Of a stretch of 64,000 nt of DNA, positions 27,869 to 37,506 are shown in pieces. Under the pieces are notes generated by a model. The model was not told where the DNA came from and did not search any database. It saw only the letters and a list, made by a program, of their open reading frames with translations. The stretch is taken from assembly GCA_041665325.1 (NCBI GenBank), contig JBAYJB010000003.1:1502-65501 (forward strand), read 5' to 3'. Both the position numbers and the translations under genes were made by a program. Positions within the stretch are counted from its first letter, which is position 1; each line of letters starts with the position of its first letter. This DNA is from Minisyncoccota bacterium (GTDB lineage: Bacteria > Patescibacteriota > Minisyncoccia > Phycocordibacterales > PALSA-1337).

Positions 27869-29574
27869 AACCACTTAAGACCCCTATCCTGTTCATTGCC
27901 TTCAATCGTCCAGGACCTACTAAGGATGTTTTTGCGGAGATCCGTAAGGCACGCCCCGAAAAACTCTTCGTGGCAGTCGATGGCCCGAGAAAAGACCGGC
28001 CAGAAGATGTGGACAAAGTAAACAAGGTTCAGGAGATAGTGAGCCAAGTAGACTGGCCATGTGAAGTAAAAAAACTCTTCAGAACAGAGAACCTCGGATG
28101 CAAAATCGGCGCGACTTCGGCTATCACATGGTTCTTCGAACATGTCGAGGAAGGCATCATTGTGGAAGACGACTGTCTGCCGGAACAATCCTTCTTTGCC
28201 TTCTGTTCTGAAATGCTCGAGCATTTCCGCAATGAGCCGAGGGTAGCCATGATCTGCGGGTATAACATAGAGAAGACTTCTGATCTTCCGTATTCCTATA
28301 CCTTCTCACGCTACGGACATCTCTGGGGCTGGGCTTCATGGAAAAGGATCTGGGATCAATACGATGTGACCATGAAAGTTTGGGACAATATTGATAACCG
28401 CAAGAAGATTAGAAAAGCCATGGATGATTATCGGCAATGGAATTATCGCGAGTGGCTATACAATGAGACCTACGAGGGTCGCAAGGATACGTGGGACTAC
28501 CAGTGGGAATCATATCGCCTACTTCATAGTCAGATCTGCGTGATCCCAAATAGGAACATGATCAGAAATCTGGGTTTTGGCGCCGATGCCACTCACACCA
28601 AGCAAACTACTTCGCACCTCGTCATTCCAGGACAAACCATGAAGTTTCCTCTAGCACATAATCCAGACCTGGTAGCCAGTGACTACTATGATCGACTACT
28701 CCGCCCCAAGATCAAAGCCCAAAGCCGACTGCGGAGATCGCTCAAGGATAGAAGCTTTAGACTGGGGAAACTATTGCTCCCGCCATTCATATATCAGTTA
28801 GTCAGGAAGCTCATCCGGGGCACAAAAGTATGGAAGCCTATCTGGAATACCCTTGATTATGAACCGATGGCCGGAGTGAAGATGTTCTTTGACCCTTCCG
28901 GCTCCTGGCAGAGCAAGATGAAGAATGGGTCGTATGATAAGTTCATGTTCGACCGAGTATCCGCCATCGGCGCCGAAGGCAAGGTGATCTACGATATCGG
29001 TGCACATGTCGGATACCATTCCCTCTATTTCGCCCGGCTTGTTGGTAAAAACGGCAAGGTTATCACGATTGAACCTAATAAGAAGAACTTTGAGCGCCTA
29101 AAGAAGAACATAGACGAAAACAAGGATCTGAAAGAAAGGATATCAGCATTTAATATTGCGGTTGGAGACAAGGATGGGAAAGTGGAATTCAACATAAATG
29201 AAGATGTCGAGGGAGGTCGTAGCACTGGCAGCTTCATAGGCACGGCCGACACATTCTCAAGCCGCGAGACATATAAGAATAAGGGGTTCACAAAAACTTC
29301 TGTTGACCTAGTGACTATAGATTCATTTGAGAAGATGCTTAGCATTCACGACGCTCCAGACATCATCAAAATCGACGTTGAGGGCGCCGAGTCATTGGCT
29401 CTCGAGGGCGCCAGGGGAATCTTACTCGCTAAGAAACCGGTGCTTTTTGTCGAGATCCATTCGATGAGAAACATGTCAGATGTCATGAACTTCTTACACT
29501 CGATATCATATGAGGCCAAGATCGCTAATATTGAGGGCAATGGGGTGTGTTATATAGAGGCACACGCTAAGTGA
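27865..29574 (+). CDS. GT-A glycosyltransferase fused to an FkbM methyltransferase
   Basis: N-terminal FNRP, VDGPR, VEDDC, WGWASW, NLGFG; C-terminal YDIGAHVG, KIDVEGAE. Confidence 0.85.
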   Translation: MKPLKTPILFIAFNRPGPTKDVFAEIRKARPEKLFVAVDGPRKDRPEDVDKVNKVQEIVSQVDWPCEVKKLFRTENLGCKIGATSAITWFFEHVEEGIIVEDDCLPEQSFFAFCSEMLEHFRNEPRVAMICGYNIEKTSDLPYSYTFSRYGHLWGWASWKRIWDQYDVTMKVWDNIDNRKKIRKAMDDYRQWNYREWLYNETYEGRKDTWDYQWESYRLLHSQICVIPNRNMIRNLGFGADATHTKQTTSHLVIPGQTMKFPLAHNPDLVASDYYDRLLRPKIKAQSRLRRSLKDRSFRLGKLLLPPFIYQLVRKLIRGTKVWKPIWNTLDYEPMAGVKMFFDPSGSWQSKMKNGSYDKFMFDRVSAIGAEGKVIYDIGAHVGYHSLYFARLVGKNGKVITIEPNKKNFERLKKNIDENKDLKERISAFNIAVGDKDGKVEFNINEDVEGGRSTGSFIGTADTFSSRETYKNKGFTKTSVDLVTIDSFEKMLSIHDAPDIIKIDVEGAESLALEGARGILLAKKPVLFVEIHSMRNMSDVMNFLHSISYEAKIANIEGNGVCYIEAHAK

Positions 29575-29578
29575 TCAC

Positions 29579-30520
29579 ATGAAGATCCACATCATCACTA
29601 TTTTCGACAAGAATCGCCTCGGGAGAGCCCTAGCGTTCAGAGAGTCGCTTGCAAAATATGCTCCCGGTTGCCATGTGCGCTTCCTTTGTCTTGACCAGGA
29701 GGCATACGATATGACCAACCGGCTCAATCTCGACGATACTACCGCTATGCTTCCGGAGGAGCTAGATGACAAGGAACTTCTAGCCACACGTGCTGGACGA
29801 ACCAATCCGGAGTTCGCGTCGACTTGTAAGCCGGCACTGCTCTCCTACATGATGGAGAGTGGCGTCGTCGAACAAAACGACCTCTTGGTCTTCATAGATG
29901 ACGATTTCTTCTTCTATCAACCTCTCCTGCCCCTGTTCGAAAAGATTTATCACTCTGGTTCTATTGCCATAACCCCACACCGCTTCCCTCCTCATCGTGA
30001 ACATGAGACAGCCACCAAGGGCATATACAATGCCGGTATCGTCTTTTTCAAGAATGATCCCGAGGCGCGAAAATGCCTCAAGGAATGGCGCCTGCAGTGT
30101 CTGAAGTGGTGTTACCTGCGCTATGAGAATGGTCAGATAGGCGATCAGGGGTACCTCAGTGATTGGCCTAAGAAGTATAAGGGCGTCTATGAGATTCCGG
30201 ACATTGGCGTCAATCTCGGCACCTGGAATATCAAAAACTACAAGATTACCAGGAACGTCGGTGGAGACCTTATGATTGATGACCAGCCGCTCATCTGTTA
30301 TCACTTCCATGGGCTTAGGTTATATCTAAATAAACAGAATAAGGTACGGGCCTATCCGATCACGGTCTTACATTCAGGGATTTATAAGCCTTGCATAGAA
30401 GCCTTGGAAAAAGCCTATATAGGATTGATGATCGTAGATCCGAAGTGGGTGTATGGAACCATTGCTAGGCCAAGCATGTTGAGGCTTTTGAAACAAGCCA
30501 TCTTGAGGTTGAAATATTAA
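29579..30520 (+). CDS. GT-A fold glycosyltransferase (GT8-like)
   Basis: TCKP, FIDDD, TPH, GIYNAG, DQGYL, YHFHG. Confidence 0.8.
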   Translation: MKIHIITIFDKNRLGRALAFRESLAKYAPGCHVRFLCLDQEAYDMTNRLNLDDTTAMLPEELDDKELLATRAGRTNPEFASTCKPALLSYMMESGVVEQNDLLVFIDDDFFFYQPLLPLFEKIYHSGSIAITPHRFPPHREHETATKGIYNAGIVFFKNDPEARKCLKEWRLQCLKWCYLRYENGQIGDQGYLSDWPKKYKGVYEIPDIGVNLGTWNIKNYKITRNVGGDLMIDDQPLICYHFHGLRLYLNKQNKVRAYPITVLHSGIYKPCIEALEKAYIGLMIVDPKWVYGTIARPSMLRLLKQAILRLKY

Positions 30521-30544
30521 CGCTTTAAGACTAATATCAGCCAC

Positions 30545-33175
30545 ATGCAGAAAATAGTCATAACAGGCGGGCTGGGATATGTAGGTACCGAGCTATGTAA
30601 GCTTTACTCCGGCGAGGCACGCTTCAAGAAGATTGTGGTCGTCGATAATCGATTCTTCTCGTCCCGTGTCACACAGCTCAGAGATTGGGGTATGGAATTC
30701 ATTCATGGCAACATCCTAGACAAGGATCTCATGAAATCCATTCTTGCAGATGCTGACATCGTATACCACTTGGCAGGCATCACGGATGTTTCTTATACCA
30801 AGAATGAATCAAGTGAGGCCAAAGATAGGCTTATAACTGAGGTCGGCGTTACGGGCACGAAGAATATCATCGACTACTCACCGGCAAAGGCTAAAATCAT
30901 CTTCCCTTCAACGCACGTGGTCTATGAAGGATTCGGCAAGACAAAATTCAACATCACTGAAGATGAACTAACAGTGCCGATGCTTTCATATGCTATGGGT
31001 AAGGATCAGTCTGAAAAAGATCTGATGGCATCAAAAAAGAATTATGTGATCCTCCGCTTCGGATCAGTATATGGATACTCGGAATCAGATACCATGCGTA
31101 TCAACATCATGCCGAATCTGTTCTCCAAGATCGCTTCGCAGAACGGCACAATCAGTCTCTTCTCCGGTGGAGTACAGTACAAGAGCCTGGTCTCACTCGT
31201 AGATGCCGTTCGGGGCCTAAAATTCATGGGTGAGTCAAAGATAAACCGCGAGATTTTCCATCTATGCAACGAGAACATGACGGTCAAGGAAGTGGCTGAT
31301 GTATGCAAGAAGATCAATCCATTAGTAAAGATCATTTCGACTAAGGACGAGATACCAAACTTGGGATATACCACATCAAACAAAAAGCTATTGGCTACCG
31401 GCTTCACATTTAAACACAATATTGAGAGTAGTATCGCTGAGATGATAAGCGCCTGGTCAGCCAAGGAGCTGCCGGATGCTCTGGAATATACAGTACGCGG
31501 CGACAAGGAATTCATCGATGCACGCGGCAAGATCAGCAACTATGAGCTGACGGAACCGATAAACTTGATAGGTTACATCGAATCAAAAGCCGGCACAGTC
31601 CGCGCCAATCACTACCACCCAATCCAGGAACAGAAGTGTCTTGTCATCACAGGGTCATACATAAGCGTCATCAAGGACTTGGCTTATCCAGATGCCCTAG
31701 TCGAAACGCGCCTCATCAAAGCTGGAGACATCGCTGTCATCAGGCCCAATGTAGCCCACACCATGGTATTCCTCGAGGATACGGTATTTCTCAACCTAGT
31801 GCGCGGAGAACGCGAGCATGAGAACTACGGAGTGACGCATACGATCCCTTACAAACTTGTCGACGATAAATTTAGAGACGAACTCCTCAAGAATTTCAAA
31901 CCGGAGTGCCGTTCGTGCGGTAAAAAAAACTTGAAGGACGTTGTCACCCTTGGACTTTCTCCACTAGCCAATAATCTATTACCGAACAAAGATACGCATG
32001 CCGAGATGTTCCCTCTCGAAATGAAGTATTGTCCGGATTGCCACAATTGCCAGTTGTCATTTACAGTATCGGCCCACAAACTATTTGATCACTATCTCTA
32101 TGTATCCTCGACAGCCAAAAGCTTTCGCAAGCATTTTGAAGAAGCGGCTGAACAGTATCTGAAGCAATTCAATCTCACCAAGAAGGACCTTGTTGTAGAT
32201 ATCGGCAGCAATGACGGCATTGCGCTCCGCCCTCTCAAGGCCAGAGGCATCAAAGTCCTAGGCATCGAGCCTGCCAAGAATATCGCCGACCTAGCCAACG
32301 CCGAAGGCATCGAGACCGTCAATGACTATTTTAGTAAGGCCGTCGTAGACAAGATCATCAAAGAAAAAGGCAAGGCTACCTTGATCACTGCTTCCAACGT
32401 ATTCGCTCATTCTGACTTCCTCAAGGATATCGCCATAAATGCCATGAAGCTCCTCAAGGACAACGGCCAATTCATCGTTGAGGTCCAATATCTCATGGAT
32501 ACGATTAAGGATCTGACTTTCGACAATATATATCACGAGCATGTGAACTATTGGTCGGTCACTTCGATCAACAACTTCTTTGAATGTTTGGGCTTCAAGG
32601 TCGTTAAGATAGAACATATAGATACTCACGGCGGATCAATCCGTGTCTATGTCAAGAAAGGCGGCAAACCTGACAAGAGCGTCCTTGATTCGCTCAAAGG
32701 CGAAGAGGTCTTCGGACTTAAGGATTACCAGACTTACCTTAAATTCGGACGTGATATCGCAGATTTGAGAGAAGTCGTCAAACGAAATATCGGATTACTA
32801 AAGAAGAACTACAAACACATCGCCGGATATGGGTCTCCAGCCAAAGCCACAACAGCTCTTAACTATTTCGGCATAGACAACACTCATATCGATTACATCA
32901 TCGAAGACAACGAGCTCAAGAACGGCAAAATCGTTCCTGGCGTAATGATCCCGATCAAAAATAAGCAGTACGCATTTACTCATTTACCAGAGGTCATCAT
33001 AGTCATGGCTTGGAACTTTTTCGAGGCAATCAAGAATAACAACGCCGAGTTAACCAATGAGGGCGTGATCTTCATAAACATCAAGGATTTGCAGGATAAG
33101 AATTTTAAAGTGCCAAGAAGTCTCAGGAGAATCACTAAGAATAGGGTTTCTAAGAAAAAGGCTCTAAAGAAATAA
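30545..33175 (+). CDS. Triple fusion: NAD-dependent epimerase/reductase + cupin + NDP-sugar C-methyltransferase
   Basis: TGGLGYVG and YAMGK; DARG/RANHYH/AHTM cupin; CRSC/CPDC Zn site, DIGSNDG, YHEH, GYGSPAK. Confidence 0.88.
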   Translation: MQKIVITGGLGYVGTELCKLYSGEARFKKIVVVDNRFFSSRVTQLRDWGMEFIHGNILDKDLMKSILADADIVYHLAGITDVSYTKNESSEAKDRLITEVGVTGTKNIIDYSPAKAKIIFPSTHVVYEGFGKTKFNITEDELTVPMLSYAMGKDQSEKDLMASKKNYVILRFGSVYGYSESDTMRINIMPNLFSKIASQNGTISLFSGGVQYKSLVSLVDAVRGLKFMGESKINREIFHLCNENMTVKEVADVCKKINPLVKIISTKDEIPNLGYTTSNKKLLATGFTFKHNIESSIAEMISAWSAKELPDALEYTVRGDKEFIDARGKISNYELTEPINLIGYIESKAGTVRANHYHPIQEQKCLVITGSYISVIKDLAYPDALVETRLIKAGDIAVIRPNVAHTMVFLEDTVFLNLVRGEREHENYGVTHTIPYKLVDDKFRDELLKNFKPECRSCGKKNLKDVVTLGLSPLANNLLPNKDTHAEMFPLEMKYCPDCHNCQLSFTVSAHKLFDHYLYVSSTAKSFRKHFEEAAEQYLKQFNLTKKDLVVDIGSNDGIALRPLKARGIKVLGIEPAKNIADLANAEGIETVNDYFSKAVVDKIIKEKGKATLITASNVFAHSDFLKDIAINAMKLLKDNGQFIVEVQYLMDTIKDLTFDNIYHEHVNYWSVTSINNFFECLGFKVVKIEHIDTHGGSIRVYVKKGGKPDKSVLDSLKGEEVFGLKDYQTYLKFGRDIADLREVVKRNIGLLKKNYKHIAGYGSPAKATTALNYFGIDNTHIDYIIEDNELKNGKIVPGVMIPIKNKQYAFTHLPEVIIVMAWNFFEAIKNNNAELTNEGVIFINIKDLQDKNFKVPRSLRRITKNRVSKKKALKK

Positions 33176-33220
33176 GTCATAAAGAAAACATCGGTTATCG
33201 CGCTCCGCAAAAAATTGATT

Positions 33221-34087
33221 CTATTTTACATGACCTTCTAACACAAAACGTCTTTTGACACGGTAATCGTATATACCGATGAATCGACAGACGAGACTGA
33301 GCATCGGGGCAGTGAAATGATCGTATTTTTCCTGACTAAAACGATATATAAGTTTGGTAAGTGTGGAATCCGGATGTGTATCTATATATTTGATAATCTG
33401 GAGGGCCGGCATTGTCTTCATGGGACCGCCAGCAAAGTGGATAAAACTGTTCTTGTGATACATTTCCAATATTTTTGAAAGGCTCCGACCGAAAGCCGTC
33501 CGATAACACGCGGCAATCGTATTAAATCCTGACGGAAGCTCTACCCCCCTCTTATCATTGAGTAGATGATAGGAAAGTGGACCATTCTCCCAACATCTCT
33601 GCTCTGGATAGGTATCATAGACCATTTCAAGCATGGGCTTGATATCTTTGGAGACGATGAATACCCCAGTATTCATGAGAACATCGGGCCGGTTGTTTGC
33701 CGGGCACCCATCGTAAAGTTCTAGATCCGTGCGCTTCAGCCCTTTCAAATTGTAAGGATTGTTTGCAACAATTCCCCACTGCATATCACCTATGAAACTA
33801 AATGGATCAGCGGCATGGCTGGTGATATATACATCAGCATCCACGAATAAGGCCCTGCTATACTTTGCGACTCGCGGATGATCAAATATGAGCAGTTTTT
33901 GCCAAGCAACATGTTTATCTGATCTTCGCAGGGGCTGATCAATAATCACCAGCTCGAAGCCGTTTTTCTCCGCATATCTTTCGAGACTTCCGCAGAAAAG
34001 CTTACGGAATTTTATTGAGAAAGTATCGCCAATCGCAATGGTGACCAGAACTTCACGCTTCCTATCGTCGTGGTGGTCGAGGGTCAT
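33221..34087 (-). CDS. GT-A glycosyltransferase (GT34/GT8-like)
   Basis: AWQKL, FVDAD, NTGV, IHFAG. Start uncertain (34087 or 34123). Confidence 0.75.
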   Translation of the reverse strand: MTLDHHDDRKREVLVTIAIGDTFSIKFRKLFCGSLERYAEKNGFELVIIDQPLRRSDKHVAWQKLLIFDHPRVAKYSRALFVDADVYITSHAADPFSFIGDMQWGIVANNPYNLKGLKRTDLELYDGCPANNRPDVLMNTGVFIVSKDIKPMLEMVYDTYPEQRCWENGPLSYHLLNDKRGVELPSGFNTIAACYRTAFGRSLSKILEMYHKNSFIHFAGGPMKTMPALQIIKYIDTHPDSTLTKLIYRFSQEKYDHFTAPMLSLVCRFIGIYDYRVKRRFVLEGHVK

Positions 34088-34212
34088 AATGTGTGGTAGA
34101 TTAGCATATAATCCAACCATCATGAAAGGTGTCGTTCTATCCGAAGGACGCGATATTGAGGGGATAATTTAGCAAAATACTGCCCCGAAGAAGGTGGTTA
34201 GCAAGAAGTAAT

Positions 34213-35220
34213 ATGCCTGATAATAAAAAAATCCTCGTGACTGGCGGCCTTGGCTTCATCGGAAGTTGTTTTACCGAGATGGCCCTGAAAAGAGGATACG
34301 AAGTCATCAATGTAGACAAGATGACCTATGCTATACGAGAAGATACTGACTTTGAGAAGTACCCAAATTACACTTTCCTCAAGAGAGATATAAATGACCT
34401 TGTGAAAATACCCCCTGAAGTGAGTTGGGTCATTAACTTTGCGGCCGAATCTCATGTAGACAACTCCATCAACGAAGCTGCGCCGTTCTTCCGGAGCAAT
34501 GTCGGCGGTGTATACCACCTGCTACAACTTCTAAAGGCCATGCCAGCGACAAGGAGGCCTACCCTGCTACAAATATCGACTGATGAGGTCTATGGAGATA
34601 TCCTAGAAGGATCATTCTTCGAGACTGACATGCTCAAACCTTCTAGCCCATACTCTGCGAGCAAGGCGGCGGCGGACCAGCTGGTCATGGGCTGGGGACG
34701 GACATACGACATACGCTATCGCATCGCGAGAAGTAGTAATAATTATGGTTATGGCCAGAGAGCTGAGAAGCTGATTCCTAAAGCTATGAAACTGGCTATC
34801 AGAGGTAAAAAGATACCTGTGCACGGTGATGGGTCATATCGCAGGGAATGGACCTTTACTGAAGATAATTGCGAAGGTCTGTTTGCTATCATGGAAAAAG
34901 GCACTGATGGAGAGATTTACAATATTTCAGCCCGGGAGGAATTGACCAACCTGGAGGTGATAAAAAAGGTGCTTGGAGTGATGGGAAGACCGGATGACCT
35001 ATACGAATTCGTAGAGGATCGTCCGGGACAAGACGTGCGCTACTCCATAAACACTGACAAGATTCGTGCACTAGGTTGGAAACCAGCCATGACACTAGAC
35101 CGCTACTTACCAATCTGCAAGAAACTCAATGAGGATAGAACACGTTCTATGCCGCCCGGCAAGAAAGAGCGTCTAGCAAAAATCTTTGGCCTCAAAAATA
35201 TACTTTATCGGAAGTCGTAG
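34213..35220 (+). CDS. rfbB: dTDP-glucose 4,6-dehydratase
   Basis: TGGLGFIGS, FAAESHVDNSI, ISTDEVYG, PSSPYSASK, DRPGQD. Confidence 0.93.
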   Translation: MPDNKKILVTGGLGFIGSCFTEMALKRGYEVINVDKMTYAIREDTDFEKYPNYTFLKRDINDLVKIPPEVSWVINFAAESHVDNSINEAAPFFRSNVGGVYHLLQLLKAMPATRRPTLLQISTDEVYGDILEGSFFETDMLKPSSPYSASKAAADQLVMGWGRTYDIRYRIARSSNNYGYGQRAEKLIPKAMKLAIRGKKIPVHGDGSYRREWTFTEDNCEGLFAIMEKGTDGEIYNISAREELTNLEVIKKVLGVMGRPDDLYEFVEDRPGQDVRYSINTDKIRALGWKPAMTLDRYLPICKKLNEDRTRSMPPGKKERLAKIFGLKNILYRKS

Positions 35221-35714
35221 CGCTCCTTCAGTGCCTGGATGATTGGAATATGGATGAGCAGAAGGTCCTCTGGCATCTCTGTCAGAGGAAAGAACTTGGC
35301 GATATCACTCTCCTCGACATTGCCCGGCTTCTCGCAAACAAACATAAGAGTGATGACATCTCCACGGGGGCTTTCGCCGATGCCATTGCCGGGTTGATAT
35401 TGGAACCATCTGTAGAACTCGTAGGGTGTAGATGACGACATACCCATCTCACTCGTGATGACCCTGTCTAAGGTATCCTCGAATTTCTCGTTCGGGAGAT
35501 GGATAGAACCGGGTATGTGCCAACCCTTGAAGAATTCATCCTCCCTATAAGTAAGAAATATCTCACGTACTCCATCATTATTCCTCATGACCGCCAATTC
35601 TGCTGCGATTGTCGGAAAGGCTAGACACCAAGCGGAAAAAACTTCAGGAGGCAATGGGAATGTCACCTTGCCCATAAGCTTGATAAGCTCGTTCTGTTCT
35701 TGAGATGCCAGCAT
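35205..35714 (-). CDS. NUDIX-family hydrolase, possibly acting on NDP-sugars
   Basis: Variant Nudix box WHIPGSIHLPNEKFEDTLDRVITSEMG. Confidence 0.7.
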   Translation of the reverse strand: MLASQEQNELIKLMGKVTFPLPPEVFSAWCLAFPTIAAELAVMRNNDGVREIFLTYREDEFFKGWHIPGSIHLPNEKFEDTLDRVITSEMGMSSSTPYEFYRWFQYQPGNGIGESPRGDVITLMFVCEKPGNVEESDIAKFFPLTEMPEDLLLIHIPIIQALKERYDFR

Positions 35715-35754
35715 GGCTTTGCAATAAAGTTATATGCTGTAGAATAACATACAT

Positions 35755-36450
35755 ATGAAAAATCCAATAAGAAAAATGCTAAACAAGGCCGGATTAGACC
35801 TGCGTAGACACCACCCCGAAGCCGACCGCCTGGCCTGGCTGTCGGGCATGAATATCCAGACGGTCTTCGACATCGGCGCCAATATCGGGCAGTTCGCCAC
35901 GGAGATCCGCGCCGCGTTGCCAGATGCACAGATCTACTCCTTCGAGCCACTCGCGGGATGCTACGGTAAGCTCGTCGGTGCATTCAAGGGTGATCAGAAG
36001 TTCCGCGCTTTCAACTATGCGCTCGGGGAAAGAGCGGAGAAGATCGCCATGAATAGGAGCGCTTACACGCCGAGCTCTTCCCTCCTGCCTATGGCCGATT
36101 CGCACAAAGAACTTTTCCCTCACACCAAAGATTCCTTGCCGGAGACCATAGAGGTGCGACGGCTAGACGATGTCTGGGCCGAACTCAAGCCGGTCGGAGA
36201 AGTCCTCATCAAAGCTGACACACAGGGTTACGAAGCCAGAGTCATCGCCGGAGGCCTAGAAGCGTTCAAACAAGCAAGGGCCGTACTCATTGAAGCTTCG
36301 TTTGTAGAACTATACGAAGGCCAACCGCTTTTCGACGACATATATCAGAAGCTCAAAGCTCTCGGTTTTGTCTATAAGGGCGCCTTGCACCAGAAGATCA
36401 ACAATAAAACAGGCGAGGTCATATTCGAGGACGCGATATTTACGCGTTGA
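35755..36450 (+). CDS. FkbM family methyltransferase
   Basis: FDIGANIG, SFEP, KADTQGYE, LYEGQ. Confidence 0.92.
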   Translation: MKNPIRKMLNKAGLDLRRHHPEADRLAWLSGMNIQTVFDIGANIGQFATEIRAALPDAQIYSFEPLAGCYGKLVGAFKGDQKFRAFNYALGERAEKIAMNRSAYTPSSSLLPMADSHKELFPHTKDSLPETIEVRRLDDVWAELKPVGEVLIKADTQGYEARVIAGGLEAFKQARAVLIEASFVELYEGQPLFDDIYQKLKALGFVYKGALHQKINNKTGEVIFEDAIFTR

Positions 36451-37492
36451 TTGCGGCAATAATGTCTTGAGCCAGCTTTCGCGCGGTCAGCTTCTCATCG
36501 AAGAGGCGGCGGCCAGCATCCGCGATCTCCCGCGCCAGCTGCGGCTCATTCTTGAGCTTCAGGATCTTGGCCGCGATGTCCTCCGGGTCTGCCAGATTGG
36601 TCATGAGGCAATCCTTGCCGTTTGTAAGCAATTCAGATACTCCTTGAGCGCGCCCAGTCACATACGGCATCCTCATAGCCAATGACTCGAAAGCCTTATG
36701 GGGGATGGTGCGCTCTAGACGCTCGTGAGCCTCGAACTGGCCGAGGGAAACATGACATTCGAGTGACTTCCTCCTCAAGACATCCGGCGGCAGGTGCTCT
36801 CGAATCCATTCGACATTTTTCGGCTTCAGGCTAGCGATGAGGGCGGAGATTGCTGCCACTTCGTGGCCGCTACCGATGATGCGGATATTTACATCGGACT
36901 TCTCCAAGAGCTTAGCAGCTTGCACGATGTATTTGACGCCCGCTTCAGGCAGGAATCGGCCACGGAAGACAGCAGTGAACTTCACCCTCTTCGAGATTCC
37001 CTGTTCTTCGCGATAGATATGCTCGTCAGCCCCCGTGAAAATCCTGAAAACCTTGTCGGGCGAGAGTGAAAACTGTTTGATGAAGTATTCTTTCTGTACA
37101 TTCGTCTCCACCAAGATCTGGTCGGCTGCGTGGATTGCCCGGCGGTCGATGAGCCTGATCCAGGCCTTCATGATGGGATTGGATCGGTATTTGCCACGTG
37201 AGATAACTTCACCCTCGTAGAGAGTACAGAGAGCGTCGAAGATGACGGACTTCCTCGAGAGGTGCTTGGCGAACGGCACCATGATATGACCGGGGTAACC
37301 GACGATGAGAGCGTCGTAGCCACCGGACGCAATGATAGCGGCATGCTTGCGCCAGAGCCGCCAATATTTGATAGGACCCCAAGAAGTATCGCGACATTCG
37401 ACAACCTCGATGCCATTCTGCCTCAAGCCGGAGATGTAAGGTTTGTTGCGGCCAAAATCAGGATTGTATATACCAAAATAGCAGAGCTTCAT
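36440..37492 (-). CDS. GT4 glycosyltransferase
   Basis: GT-B fold, FRGRF, IPHKAFESLAM. Confidence 0.88.
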   Translation of the reverse strand: MKLCYFGIYNPDFGRNKPYISGLRQNGIEVVECRDTSWGPIKYWRLWRKHAAIIASGGYDALIVGYPGHIMVPFAKHLSRKSVIFDALCTLYEGEVISRGKYRSNPIMKAWIRLIDRRAIHAADQILVETNVQKEYFIKQFSLSPDKVFRIFTGADEHIYREEQGISKRVKFTAVFRGRFLPEAGVKYIVQAAKLLEKSDVNIRIIGSGHEVAAISALIASLKPKNVEWIREHLPPDVLRRKSLECHVSLGQFEAHERLERTIPHKAFESLAMRMPYVTGRAQGVSELLTNGKDCLMTNLADPEDIAAKILKLKNEPQLAREIADAGRRLFDEKLTARKLAQDIIAAINA

Positions 37493-37506
37493 GACCTTAC
37501 ACTACC

